From: Podarcis pityusensis
Taxonomy: Eukaryota
DNA length: 64,000 nt
Strand: one strand, 5' to 3'
Assembly (NCBI GenBank): GCA_964106645.2
Contig: OZ067050.1
Shown: piece after piece, positions 37,208 to 50,400 of the stretch
Layout: the number at the start of each line of letters is the position of its first letter
How positions within the stretch are numbered: position 1 is the first letter of the stretch
Program-made: the position numbers and the translations under genes
Notes under the pieces: generated by a model
Database searches by the model: none
What the model saw: only the letters and a program-made list of their open reading frames with translations
Told to the model about the DNA's origin: nothing

Positions 37208-40200
37208 GATGCCTTCTCCTGCACAAGCTGCTCACGGAGACTGTCGGAATGCTGTGATGGGACGATGAGCTGCTTGTGTGTAAAATCCTAGTCCCTCAGA
37301 GTTTGGTCAAGTTTGCAAACCTCTGTCTGTAACGGAGCCCCTTAAACATGGCTCCGTCAGTCGCTGGCAGATTCCGACAGTGGTTGCTTTCGGAATCGCT
37401 TCCAACATAAAAGCTCCTTAACGGAAACACGTCTTCTGGACTCTCTGCGTGACAGTTTCCGGCGAGGAGTGGGTGTCCCTACAGGAGGTCCTGAAACCTC
37501 CCCACTGTTTTCGCTGGAAGTGTCTCTGAGCCATCCCTCCAGCTCCCTTTCACTTCCCTTCCTTCCGATGGCAGTTCCCTGACAATTATGTCCAGCTTTT
37601 AATTTACCTTGAGGCCAGGAGTGCCAGCCTGGCCCCATGAGTGGCCAGGGCCGTGGGTGCCATGCAGCGTGCATGGCCCTGGCACTGAAGTTTGTGGGTG
37701 CCCAGCCCCTTCATGGGGAGTTTTGTGGGTGCTCAAGGCCCCAGGGAGTTGGCAGCTATGCGGGAGGCTTTTCATATGATGTTTTAGGACTTTTTAAATA
37801 TCGGAGCTGTATTTGATTTGGAAGTTTTATTTGTTGCACTGCTCAGACTTTTAAATACCACGGTTAAAAGAGACGATGGTTTTAACATGGTTCGCTGCTC
37901 TGAACTGTGCTTGTTCTCAAACAAATATGCCAGCAGATGCAAGTTCCAGTTAATACCTGTACTCATGACTGATAACCACACACACTTAGCATCTTTCTTT
38001 TTTCCTTCTGCTGTAACCTGTCAGGAAGATAGAAGTAGGTGTAAAGCATAGATGATGCTCACTCCAGTGAGGAAGGGAGCTGTTTCTGGCAGGGGAATTG
38101 AAAGTGACTAGTCTGTGGGGGAAGGCCCTTCACTCTACGCAGGCATTATGACTTTACCTCAGATGTGAAACTGACAAGGGCCTTCTGCACACTTGGCCTC
38201 CTGACTAGGGCCCAGTTAGATGCCTCCATCTTAGTTTTTGTTTTTTAAGTAAAGAAGCTGTGGGAAGCTGCCTGTTTGAACTGACTAATGGGAGGTTAGG
38301 GCTGCTTTGCATCTGGATTTTTCTGATCCAAAGCCATCCTTGAGTGAGTGGATTACAGGAGGGATTTAAAATAAATGATAATTGTGTGCTTCACAAATGA
38401 GGCAGTCCACATGGACTAAAATTATGTAGCTGCACCACTGCTCTCACCCCCTCTGACTCTCACTGGCAAAATGGGCCCACTGGCTCAAATCATGACGCCA
38501 GATCAGTGAGGATTGCCTTATGACCTGAAAATATGCCCCCTGGGGCACCTTGACTTCCACACGCACACCAACCCCCAACAGAGCAAGGGGTTGTATGTGA
38601 ATAAGAAGCACGTTCTGGCCACATTCACACTGAAAGCACTATGACGCCACTTTAAACAGTCATCATGGCTTCTTCCCCCGAAGCATCTTGGGAGCTGTAG
38701 TTTGTTCAGGATGCTGCTGAGAGTTGTTAGGAGAGCTCTGTTTCCCTCACAGGACTAAAATCCCTAGAGCGATTTAACAGATGATCCCTTTCACAGGGAA
38801 CTCTGGGGACTGTAACTGGGAGGGGAATGGGGGTCTCTTAACAACACTTAGCAGCCTTATCAAACTACAGCTCCCAGGATTCTCTGGGAGAAGCCATGAC
38901 AGTTTAAAGTGGTACCACAGAAATTTCAATGTCTCATGCGAATGTGGCCTCTATATGTTCTGGAAGCAGCCGCACCGAGCACTGGCCCTCAAGATATTTG
39001 GCTGGGCTAGAGGGCCTGGTCTTACCCTAGATTACCTGCATCTTTTCTCAACTATCTACTTCTTGCTTATATTAAGAAGCAGGCTTTTCAGATATAAACG
39101 CGCCATCACATCCTTCGAAACACACTAGATCCAGATTATCTCGCAAAACCTTTGCAGTTCCCATGCCCAGCCTTTCCTGTGGTTGGTCCTGTGGTGTCTT
39201 CTATGTTTATCTCAGCTCCTGCTGTACTCAAGCCATTCTCAGGTTGTCAAAGACCTCGCCTCCTCATGTTTCTTTTGTTTTTCTTGCCCCACAACATTTA
39301 AGGACAGGCTAACATGCCAACATTGAGCAGGAGAAAATCTTCCCTTCACACTTTCCCCATACCTGGATAAATTTCTGCTAAATCTCACCATTTTTTAGAC
39401 GGTTGCTAATGTCACAAGAAAACAGGGACAATCCCACCAATAATCCCTGCCCACACTGCTTACTCTTTCAAAGAAGTTTTTCAGAGTTTTTCAAGAAGTT
39501 TTAACTGGTTTAGATGCTTGGTTTTTAAAACTGATTTTAGAATAAGGAATTGCATTCTGTTATTGAATAAGTTTTGCATTTTAAAACTCATTTGAATCAC
39601 AGCACCAGTCACAAGTACAGGTAAAACGGGGTTTGGACCTGCTGCCCTCGATGCTAATACTATTTATTTAGGAACGTGCACCATTTTGTTCTAGAAAAAG
39701 ATACTACTACTACCTCGAATAATAATGTATGTGTCATATCAATTTTCTGGGCAACCAGTGGCTTTGGCGGGTGGGGGAAAATAGCTATTGAACAATGTAA
39801 GTTGCCAACATTTGGGGGGCCAGTGGGCATATTTGGAATTTTGAGAAAGTCTCCTTGGGCGCCAGACACACAATGGCTGCTGGGTTAGCATATCGCCAAA
39901 TGACTTTGGTGATGGGCCCATGAAATGCTCCTGCAACAGTCAGCCCATCAATGCAAGGAAAGGCACCTACACTAGCTACTGCCAGATTCACTCAGAGAGA
40001 AAAACTCTATGAAGGTTAGTCTAGTGCCATCATACACAACACACAACTGTTTATTGTTGTTTAGTCATGTCCGACTCTTCATGACCCCATGGACCAGAGC
40101 ATACAAAGATATTAGCCACAACCACAGTGATGGGGGCAGAGAGAGAGCAGGTGACAAAGATAAGGCCCAAGGCATTTTGCTGCCTGAAGCAGAGCCCAAG

Positions 40201-40309
40201 TACATGCAGCAACTATCTCAGACAGGGCCGGGGAGCCCATGCTTCTCCTTGAGTTGTTGGGCCGGGAGGCAGCTAGCTGTGGGACCACCCCTGAGAATGC
40301 CCTCTCCAT

Positions 40310-40646
40310 TGTTGTTGTTTAGTCATGTCCAACTCTTTGTGACCCCATGGACCAGAGCACGCCAGGCATTCCTGTCTTCTACTGCCTCCCACAGTTTGGT
40401 CAAACTCATGCTGGTAGCTTTGAGAACACTGTCCAACCATCTCGTCCTCTGTCGTCCCCTTCTCCTTGTGCCCTCCATCTTTCCCAACATCAGGGTCTTT
40501 TTCTCTTCTCATGAGGTGGCCAAAGTATTGGAGCCTCAGCTTCAGGATCTGTCCTTCCAGTGAGCACTCAGGGCTGATTTCCTTAAGAATGGAGAGGTTT
40601 GAAATTCTTGCAGTCTATGGGACTCTCAAGAGTCTCCTCCAGCACC
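40310..40646 (-). mobile_element. Bov-B LINE 3' fragment
   Basis: Same sequence as 24876-25230; 13-bp TSD ATGCCCTCTCCAT at 40297-40309 and 40647-40659. Confidence 0.88.
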
Positions 40647-43132
40647 ATGCCCTCTCCATAGCGGCTGCCGAATAACGGTGGCACCATTCTCTGGACTGGA
40701 TGTTAAGATGCTGGGAGGAGGACCTGGATAAAGCCCTCCCACCACCCGCAGTCCAGCGCCGATAAGGAGACAGGCAAGGGGAGATAAGCAGCCGAGGACG
40801 TCAACAAATGTTTGTCGCCTTGCAGATGTGCAGACGCTCAGAGAGGGACCTTGCTAGCCTAGTCTGGACGCAACTGCTCGACAAGACCATTGGCAGGTAT
40901 GGCGAAGAAGCCACCCCACTCGCCCCCAATGCACCCGCTTGGTCTCTGCCAGTGCTGCCCTTCCCTGATGGTTTTTGCTTTTCAAAAGGGTGGGGGCGGA
41001 AACAGGGTTGGGAATGGCGTTTTTCAGTGGGTAAGGCTTTGCTCTGTTCCGAGTCCCACCTTTTCGTCTCTTCTTTTTCTTTCCTGTGATAGAGGAAGGC
41101 AGGAATTTGAATTTTTAATTTGAATTTTTAGCTGTGTTTATGTGCGTGCATGCCCACAATTTGAACTCAGCTTCAAGCAGCAAAAAGTCTCAGGCCAGCA
41201 CTGCGTTCCCCGCAGGACAGCCTGTGGAGCCCTGGCAAGGGTCTTCTGCAATTTAGCAGCTGGGTGGCAGGTAGAAATTCAACAGGTGTAGTATGCTGCC
41301 TTCATGCCAGAGGAGGGGAGCTTGTACCCACTGCAACCATGAACACAGAAGCTCTGCCAGAAAGGATGTTTCAGCCACAGATAAATCTAATGGGGCTAAT
41401 AAAGTTATCCAGTCTTCCTCTCCCTGCTGCTCCCCAGCTGCCCTCATGCATTATGAAAGCTGAAATAGGCTCCTGTTTTCACCTGTGGGGGCCGGTCATT
41501 GCCTCTTAGCCTAACCTACCTAACAAGGATGTTGTGGGGATTAAATGACGAGGTGGGAAACCATGCACACCACATTGAGCTTGTAGAAAAGGTGGAATAT
41601 AGAATAATAATACTGATAATAGTACTAGGTCATAAAGAGATACATTCTGTTCTTTATGAAAAAAATTCATAACAAACCGAATTAATAGTAGAACAGAACT
41701 TTATCCTTTATGGCAGGATATAACTAATATATTAATATATAATATGAACAATAGGCCAAGGAGATAGACAGGTCACCGACAGTCAATGTTAGTTTTAGTT
41801 TGCAGCTATACATATACCAGCTATACATATACATTTACACATGCAAAATCCTCATAAATCTATGCCATCTTTTGTTTGCTTTCTGGGCCACGCAAATGAC
41901 AGATGCCCGGCTTTGCCTGGTGGCGGCGCCAGCCGTGAGTTGAAAATGGAGAGCTGACAGCTGTCTAGAAACGATAAGATTGCCACATGATGAGGAAGGC
42001 CTGTTGAAACATGGCAAGTCCAGCGTCTCAGCCGGATTCTGCACGCCTGGCCACATTCTAGGATTCACCACCTGCACCCTTTTAATATGTTGAGCTGTGG
42101 GTTGCGAATGCTAATTATATGTATTTAAAATATTTCACCCCTCTGGCACCTGGTGCAGCTGCTTCCCTGCATTTCCACAGACCAGGTTACAGCAGGGAAT
42201 CAAGCCCTCGGACCACCTTGATACCACCTAAATAGGGCCGTGTCCCCAAGCGCTGTAGAAATCCTCGGTCCAGATCCTCGGTCAGTTGCTGCGTGGGGCA
42301 AGTGATCTCTCTGGAAGCCAGTGGAGACAGGCATCGCCATCCTTGTTGATGCATGAAAGGGAAAGCTCATCTCCACCCAAACTCTGTCACATGGGCAGAG
42401 GCCATAACGAAACCCTTGCAACTGGAAAAACATGATGGTGGGGTTGAACTGTAGAGATGGAGAGGAATTCATTCATAACCAATTAGGTAGAAATTCAAAC
42501 GCATCAGATTTGCGTTTTCCAAACCAATGAACCAAACGCCAACTACCCTTTCAAACTAGCACTTCTCTGATTTAAAAGCCTATGAGTTGAGGTAGCTGCT
42601 GGCTGCCCTCTTTTCTCAATGCATGCTCTTGGATATTTCTTTTTCCCCATTTATTTATTTATTATTAATGTTGCCATACATATATGAAATCTTTACATAA
42701 TGATACATATACTTTATATTCATAAATTCACACTTTCACATTTCATTACGTACCAACATTTATCCATTTCTTATTTCTTGCCCTGTGTCTTCCCTCCACC
42801 CTGCGTGACTTCCTTGTTATTATTTTGTAACTTTATTATTGATTATAATTTTGTATCTTAATAATTAAACATTCAATCTTATATATCTGATTAGCTTAAC
42901 TTAACTTTGTGAAATCAGTCTATACATATCAATAAATTCTTGTTGGAGCATCTTTTGGTCATGTATTCTTCTACACATTTTCATTCCTGATTGAGATTTT
43001 GATTAGATTGCATTCTAATTGTTGCTGTCATTTTTGCTAATTCAACCCAATTAGCTCTTGGATATTTCTTTTACGTTTTGTCCTCAGGTTGCTGTTCCTT
43101 GTTGCTCCACTGCCTTCTGGAGTTCTGACACT

Positions 43133-44422
43133 ATGGAAACAAGATCTCTTCTCAGGCAAATAATGGGCTACAGCATGCCTTTTGGCTTCCTTATCCTTTT
43201 GGCCGTGGCCACAAATGGTGAGGAGAATGCAACCACACAACCTCCAGACAAATCTTTTTTTTTTTTTTTAAATAATTTTTATTAACAGGCCAATCACATC
43301 ACATTATCCATATCACATTAATTCCAAATTATACAGCCAAATTTTACATTTTGTTGGGGGTACCCATACATCAAGCTCCGCACGAGTCCAAAACAGCATC
43401 ACTTATCTTACTGCTTTAATTAGACAGTTCTGTCCAGTTTGATCCGGATAGTCCTTTATTACTTCCTTTCTCTTCTTGTTGTTATCATAAATTCCTTTCT
43501 TTGCGATCTCCGATGATTTTCACAAGCACGTTAAAAGCTCCACCCCCCCTTCATTCCAAACATACCGTCTCCTTGTGGTAATTCATCAGAAGATTTACTT
43601 ATCCGTCCGTCACTCCTGGTCGCAGAGATCCATTAATCAGCAGTCTTATCAGTCGAGCTTTACTTGATGTATGTGCTTTCAGCTTCATTTCCAATCGTAT
43701 GTTTCCAATTATAATTCCAAGCTGAAGCAACCAGCACGCGCTGATTGGAATCGGCGTCAGGAAGATCTGACTTCACCGGTGGCCTGTGCCAAGTGTTCGG
43801 CACCCCCATCTCTCGTTTCAGGGGGTGCATTGTGAACACCGCTGGCAGGACAGTGCCCCCCCACATCCTGAGGGGGATTAGGAAGGCTGCATACTTCCCA
43901 TAGCAGCCCCTTAGTACCTCGTATGGGTCAGAGAGATGTTATTGTCGGCCATCTTCCAATGCCCCACCTGGTGGCCCCCCAGACTAATCTTTGCCTCATC
44001 CCACTGTTGCAGCTAACAAATCGTCTTCTCAAAATGCAACCGCTTCGGAGACAATTCATACGTCCAGAGAAAGTAGAAAGAACAAAACCTCTGGAGAAAT
44101 GTATCCTGCTGCCTTGAAGCCTCTTTCCAAAGAATTGACTGCAGCTGCAAAATGGCCTCTGAATGCAACCATCAGCACCACTGAGATGTCACCCGGCAAA
44201 AAACCAAGCGCAAAACCAGGACAGGCTAAGGGAGAAGGAGAAATGAGGGCATCGCCTAAGTCAGATGAGAGGAATTCAACCCAAACCCATGGTAACAGGG
44301 GCTGTGGGGCTGGCTGCCGACCATCAACTACCACACCAGCTGCAAGAGCTGGATCTGGTGGTCTGACAGCAAACCTTGGAATCATCATGGCAGTGGTCCT
44401 CTCTCTCCTGCTCTGCTTCTGA
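43133..44422 (+). CDS. SPN/CD43-derived short mucin-like paralogue, predicted GPI-anchored, interrupted by a retroelement (possible intron 43218-44012)
   Basis: Acceptor, 5' UTR and signal peptide METRSLLRQIMGYSMPFGFLILLAVA nearly identical to SPN at 56735-56885. Frame resumes at 43991 with an S/T-rich, N-glycosylation-site-rich region and ends GSGGLTANLGIIMAVVLSLLLCF-stop. AATAAA at 44580. Could be a pseudogene if unspliced. Confidence 0.7.
43258..43978 (-). mobile_element. About 720-bp polyadenylated retroelement (L1-dependent, non-autonomous)
   Basis: Poly(T) run and minus-strand AATAAA at the left end; 14-bp TSD CCAGAC(A/T)AATCTTT at 43244-43257 and 43979-43992; minus-strand 5' end GGGG...AAGATGGCCG. 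Confidence 0.85.
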
Positions 44423-47400
44423 CCCTTGTCTGACCCCCTTGGTTGACGTGGGGCTTCCAAACCATGAAGTCCACTCACTCAGGGATGTGGTAGGATTGTA
44501 GTAATGCTGAAAATACACCCTGGGACATCTCCTCCGCTTCCAAACACCTAAGACCCAAATATAGTGTGTGTTTGTGTGAAATAAATTCTATGTTTTTTGA
44601 AAGAATCGCTCTGAGATCAGCCCTTTAAGCTCTCAGACTGTGTTACAGTGGTGAGACTGTACTACTCCTCTATTACCTTCCTCTCACCTCAAGAGTTTCG
44701 TATGTACACCAGCGCATCCTTGAAGACCTAGATTAACCCGTCTAACTTTGCAGTTTAACCACCCAGCCGTTCCTGTGTTGGTCTTGCCTTATCGACTCCT
44801 TTTGTTGTTCAACCGTTGCAGTTCATGGGCCCTTATCAGGCTGCCCCAGACAGGCATCCCTTCTATGACTTTCGTTTCTTCGTGCCCTGCGGCCTGAAAC
44901 AAAACACTGCCATGCCAGAACTGAGCAGGTGAAAAGCTTCCCTTTGTGCTTATCTCGGTGCCTGGAGAAGCCTTTTGCTCTGCCACCCCTGCTGAGGCCC
45001 CAAATGAGCCGGACATCTCATTTGGAATCAACCATGGGGAGGGGCATTTTTTTCGAGACTGCAACAGGGGAGAAAAGGCTTAAATTTGCCTTCCCAACAC
45101 ACCATGCTGACAGGGTCCGCCATGAGGCCCAAGTGGCGTAGCAGTTCATCGTAAGATTGTAGCGTTGGAAGGGACCCCGTGGGCCATGTAGTCTGACCCA
45201 CTGCGATGCATGCATCTCAACACATCGTCTCCCATCCAATTTGAAACCATACTGGGCCCTGCTTAGCTTTGCAAATGTGCTAGCAGTTTTCTTGCTGCAC
45301 CACTAGGAGTGGGGTGTTTGTTCAGGGGCTGGGCACACAAGGCCCTGGGTCCAATTCCTTGAATCTCCATGTTTTGGGCCACAATTCAGGGGTAGCTGAG
45401 CAGGGAGTCCTATGGGGGAGCATAGTGGTTTGTCTAGGGTTTCCACCAGGGGTGCTTCCAAGCCTGGAGATGCTGGGAATTGAACCGGCAAAGCAGAGTG
45501 TTTGCTCTGCCACTGAGCTATGGCCTTTCCATGGTTCAGCTCCCTCTTCCAGCTCAAATACATAATGGTGGCGCAGTGTTGAAGACCCTGGAGAGCCCAT
45601 ACTGCACAGAGGGTACAAGACTAGGCGAGGTGGGCCAGGGGTTCAGTGTGTGCTTATTTTAAAATAGCCTTGAATTCTACTTCTGAAAGTGAAGCATCTA
45701 TTTATATTGTCTTTATATTGTCTTCCCAAGAGTCGCTTGGGAAGAAACCAAGTCTTTAGTGTCATCAGCTCAGTCCTGGGAATACTCTGCCAACAGAGAT
45801 TCAACAGGCACCTTCTGTTTCAGTTTTTGAAAGCTTGCCAAAAACTTTTCTATTCAGTCAGGCTTATGCAGGCAATGAAGAATGCATCTTTTCAAAATAG
45901 TTGGCTGATTTCTGATATGTGTGTGATTATTTATATGATTGTTGAAAATGACTGATTTTTTTAAAATGAATAGTGGAATATATAGATAGTAAATACAAAT
46001 ATATAAATATTTTATGATCAATCAAATGAATAAATATTATTTGGGGAGTGTAGAGGATATTGGGGAAGGATTTTCCTGATCATTTGAGTTTGCTGTGTAA
46101 TCATGGGATTGCATTTACTGTTCAAAGGATTTTGACATGTTGTACTTCCTGGTTTCCTCAGCTGTACTATAAAATAAATAAATCAGTATTGTAGATGCTA
46201 TTTTTTTTAAAAAAAATTCTTTCTTACCTGCACCGATGATAGTCATTGTTTGGATGGGAGGCTTTTATCCATTTCCACAGTCACACAATCAATCAATCAA
46301 TCAATCAATCAATAGCTGAACTGGGATTCACACAGTCACAAAAACAAATTAACTGAAAAAGCCTCAAATAAAAAAAACGCAAAATAAATAGCAAAAACAA
46401 AAGCACCAAATATAAGCTCCAAATATCACCTTAGAACACTGCAGTCGGAAATGGAAGGCTTGAATTACAATTGGGGGGGACGCAAAGTAGCAGCGCAACA
46501 GGAAACACACAGGGGGACACAAAACGGAGCACATTTGGCTTCCAAAAAAAAGTTCGGAAACCAGAACACCTACTTCAGGTTTTGCAGTGTTTGGGTTCCA
46601 AGTTCTTCTTTAACTAAGCTGTTCGAAAACCAAGGTACCACTGTATTAGACAAACTAGAACCAGGCTGCAGACATGGGGCAGGCCAGAAAGGGACCCAGT
46701 CTAATTACAAACTTAATTCCACTTATCTGGGAGTAAACTCCCTAGAGTGCAATGCACTTTCCTTATTAGAAGACCAGGTTAGTCTGGTAGTCCTACATGC
46801 ACAACACACAAGATTTGCATACATCCGCCACAACACTGGTGAGTACAGAGACTGTGGAGGTAACAAAAACAAAAACAAAAACCAAGCAGTGGTTTTGCTG
46901 CTTGAAATGGGCTTGTAGCACTTGGGCCAACCATTTAAAACGGGGATGGGGATGCTGTGCTTCTCCCAGTGCTGTTGGACTCCAACTCCCATCAGCTAGT
47001 CTGATGCTCTAACCACTACACCACACTGACCCTCTCCATTGTGGTTGCCCAAAGATGGTGGAAGTGGAACCACCGAGATATTCTCAAGTCTGGATGTTCT
47101 AGAGGAAGACTTAGAGAAGTACCACACCCACACACATACCCCACCCAGTCCCACAGCAGTAAGGGGAAGATGTGCAAAAGGAGATAAGCGCTTGCCAGCT
47201 TCAGGGAGCCTGTGGTTGCCATACTGATATCTAGATGACTAAAAGGGGACGTTACAGCCCTAGTCTGAGCAGGATGAAAACCACCATCCACTTGCACGGC
47301 CAGTCTGCTTGCCTGGCAGCCCATCCATCTTACTTTCCTTGGCCGTTCTGTGGTTGTGCCTTCCTCCGCTGTGGGTGCAGGAAGCAGAGCTGAGCAGGGG

Positions 47401-50400
47401 CTGATCGTGCTTGCTTACTGGTGAGGCTAGTGCACTCTGCATGAGCTCTGAGGCATCCTTTCTTCACGTCGGCCGCCCTAGCATTTTGTGTGGGAGGGTG
47501 GATAACTTTGGTGGTCCTTGGTTCCAAGAGCCTCTCGGTCTCCCCACATGTCCCAACGTGGGCAGGCCCCTCTCACACCCGCGATGCATTGCCAAGCTGA
47601 CTACACCACTTCCTCTCGCTGTGTGCATTTAACGGTTGCTTCTTCTTTTTCAGTATTTCTCCACCGCCACCTCCTCCTCGGTTTCATTCACTCCTTCCTG
47701 CCCGGCCAAACAGAATATTGGTGAGGCGAAGGCAAAGCTGAGGCCTGCCCCACAAGAACCTTCCCTCAACAGGTGGGACCAGCGTTGCGTGAAGCCTTCT
47801 TCCTAAGCAAAAGGTAGAGGGGAGCGGGATGGTGGGGCATTGGTCATTTGGGATAGAGCAAAATTGCAAAGTATCGTGTGGAAATGGTTGTGGGGAAGGT
47901 GGGGTGGCAGCTGCGGAAATGAGAGGTGCATTGTTAAAGTGCGTTTGTTGTATCGTCCACCTGGCATCCCTCGAAGGAGTTCTGTTGGGCATCTATTTTA
48001 TCTTCACAGAAACCTGTGAGGTAGGTTAGCGACTAGCCGAGGCGGGATTTGAACCTGGCTCTAAATCAAACACTTTGTCTGCTAAGTAGTCTGCCCCAAG
48101 CTGGGATTAAGAGCTGAAAGAGCTGGAAGAACAGTGGAAAAGAGGCTGCTATATGCAGAAAATCCAGCATCTCGACCAAGTGGCAAAATAGAGAAATCTG
48201 CTTCAGGCAGGACCATGATAGAGAGATGGGGAAAGGCAGGAATTTGAATTTTTGAAGTGCCGGCCCTAACAGAAGGGAGGTGGTACTTCTGGGGCTCAGT
48301 TTCAGGCGGCAAAATAACTTGAGTTGGCACAGGAGTCTCCACAGGACTAAATCAGGTTTCTGGTCCTGATTTCATCCTTATAATCTAGGCAGCTATATAG
48401 TTTTATAGTCTCCAGCCACATTTTCCTTCCTGGATGCTGGAAGCATTTCTTAAACTCTTCGCTGCTCATGAATAACACATGCCGAAACGTGGAAAGTCAA
48501 TGAGCACCCTTTTTCTATAGTGATAAGTCACAGATTCCATGCTGCATGGATGAGTGAAAGTGCTGTACAGCCCTCAAGTTTCCCCTACACCCACCTTCGA
48601 TTACGATATCTCACAGTAGATTCAGAAGAGATGCAGTGGAGGAGACACAACGTGCACACGCTTGGCATCTCCTGTCTGAGCTTCCTACGCAGGAACTGAC
48701 AGAGGATGGTCCATTGTGGTGAGATGTGGGGAATCCCCCTCCCAAAAACTGCAGGGAAAGCACTCAGAGGACGAATTTCTTTCAGGGCAGCCTCTTATAG
48801 CACTTCTCTGGCCCCTCAAGGGATGGGATGAGGTAGAAATTCAGATTTTTTTGCATTCTAATGAGAAACTTCCTAATCCACGCTTCTCAAGCCAATGCAC
48901 AATTAATTATCCTTTGGAATTTGCACCTCTCCAGATTTTGCAGTGTAGATCTCCAAACCGAGAGGGTGTGCAAAAATGCATATGTTAGTGCTTCTCCAAT
49001 TTTCCACCTCCCACATGAATTGTTGAAGGTCTTGATGATTTTTTCCCCTGCCTGCTGTAGCAATTGCAATGCGCCGTGCTAGACACTGCATGATTTTGAA
49101 ATGCATTTTTGTTGCTGCTTTTATTTGTTATACTGTATTTGATTGCACTTTAAATTCCATAGAATTTGATACGACTTCAGAGTGCAAGTGTCCTTTGCAG
49201 AGATGGCACAGAACACCTGAATGAAGCTTATGGGCCACTGGTAATCCGCAAACACAATATGGGAACCCTGTGTTAGGCACAAAAATGCATACGTTAGGAA
49301 AGATAATGTAGAAAAATCCATTGCTTTATAGGAAATCGCTTACACAAAAAAATGTGCCCAATAGTCAAAACTGCATACCTTTAAAAAATATGGGGGGTTT
49401 TTGGAGAGAATTTTGCACTCAAAAAACTGAGGAATTTTCATGAGGATTTTTTAAAAAACAGATTGCAATTTGCTGTGGAAATGCAAAGATGTTAGTTTAA
49501 GACTGGGAAACTGAGGAACTGAGAGAAACTGAAATGGGCAGATATATTCATCCTTTATCCTCAGGGTGGAGGATAAGCTGCTCCAAGGAATATTATACCA
49601 GGATCTTCCCCTGACTTGGAGCCTGCCCTGTAGAGAGACAACATGAAATGGGTGTCCAAATGGCACTGCAATATTTTTTTAGAGGGTTGGGCCTAGCAGG
49701 GATGAGGCAATGCTTCGGGCAGAGAACTGCCGTGGGCTGGAACAACCCTGATCATTCAGCTTTCTTTCTTTCTTTCTTACTTATATTTTGTTGCTTCTAT
49801 TTCTTTTAATTATGGCAGTATGAGAGAAACACTAGAAAGAGAAGCAGCAGGCTGTGGCAGGAAGAGGGAGCGGCCCTTTCCATCTACCCGCCTTACACAA
49901 CTGCCACCCGGCCCCTCCTCTCCCCAGGTTCTCTCAGCGGTCAGCCATTTTGTGGGGCGCACACAGTGAGGCCCCTTCCATTGGCCTCCTTTGACCCATT
50001 TTTGTTTTACGTTCCTTCCATGAGACACATTGTGGTTTCCTGCTGAAAGGCAGGATAGAAATATAATAAACGTACACAACAGAACAGTGTTGCAGCACAC
50101 AAGCAGCATTTCCACACAATTATCTCATTAAGAGAATGTCTCAACGTCAGACTAGGATACCTAAAGGGCCGTCTCCTTTTGCCTGGCAGCTTGTTAAGAT
50201 GAAGGAAACGTTCGAGGGTGGAGGGTGGCAATATATCAGGAGCCTCTGAGTTTACAGTAATTCTCTAATGGCCATAATTACTGTGGTGCCAAGGTGGTTG
50301 GCAGGGATATTTGGACTGGGCACATGAGGGAAATTATTCAGCTGCAAGTGGCAGCAGGTAGGGCCTTGGGCAGTGCCAGTTTAAGGTTTCACAGGAGGCT

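Larger units (their letters stand above)
34799..37584 (-). mobile_element. Gypsy/Ty3 chromoviral LTR retrotransposon, internally deleted
   Basis: 332-bp TG...CA LTRs at 34799-35130 and 37253-37584 that look identical by eye, 5-bp TSD ATTAT, polypurine tract at 35131-35143, gag fragment joined to integrase with protease/RT/RNase H missing. Confidence 0.96.
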
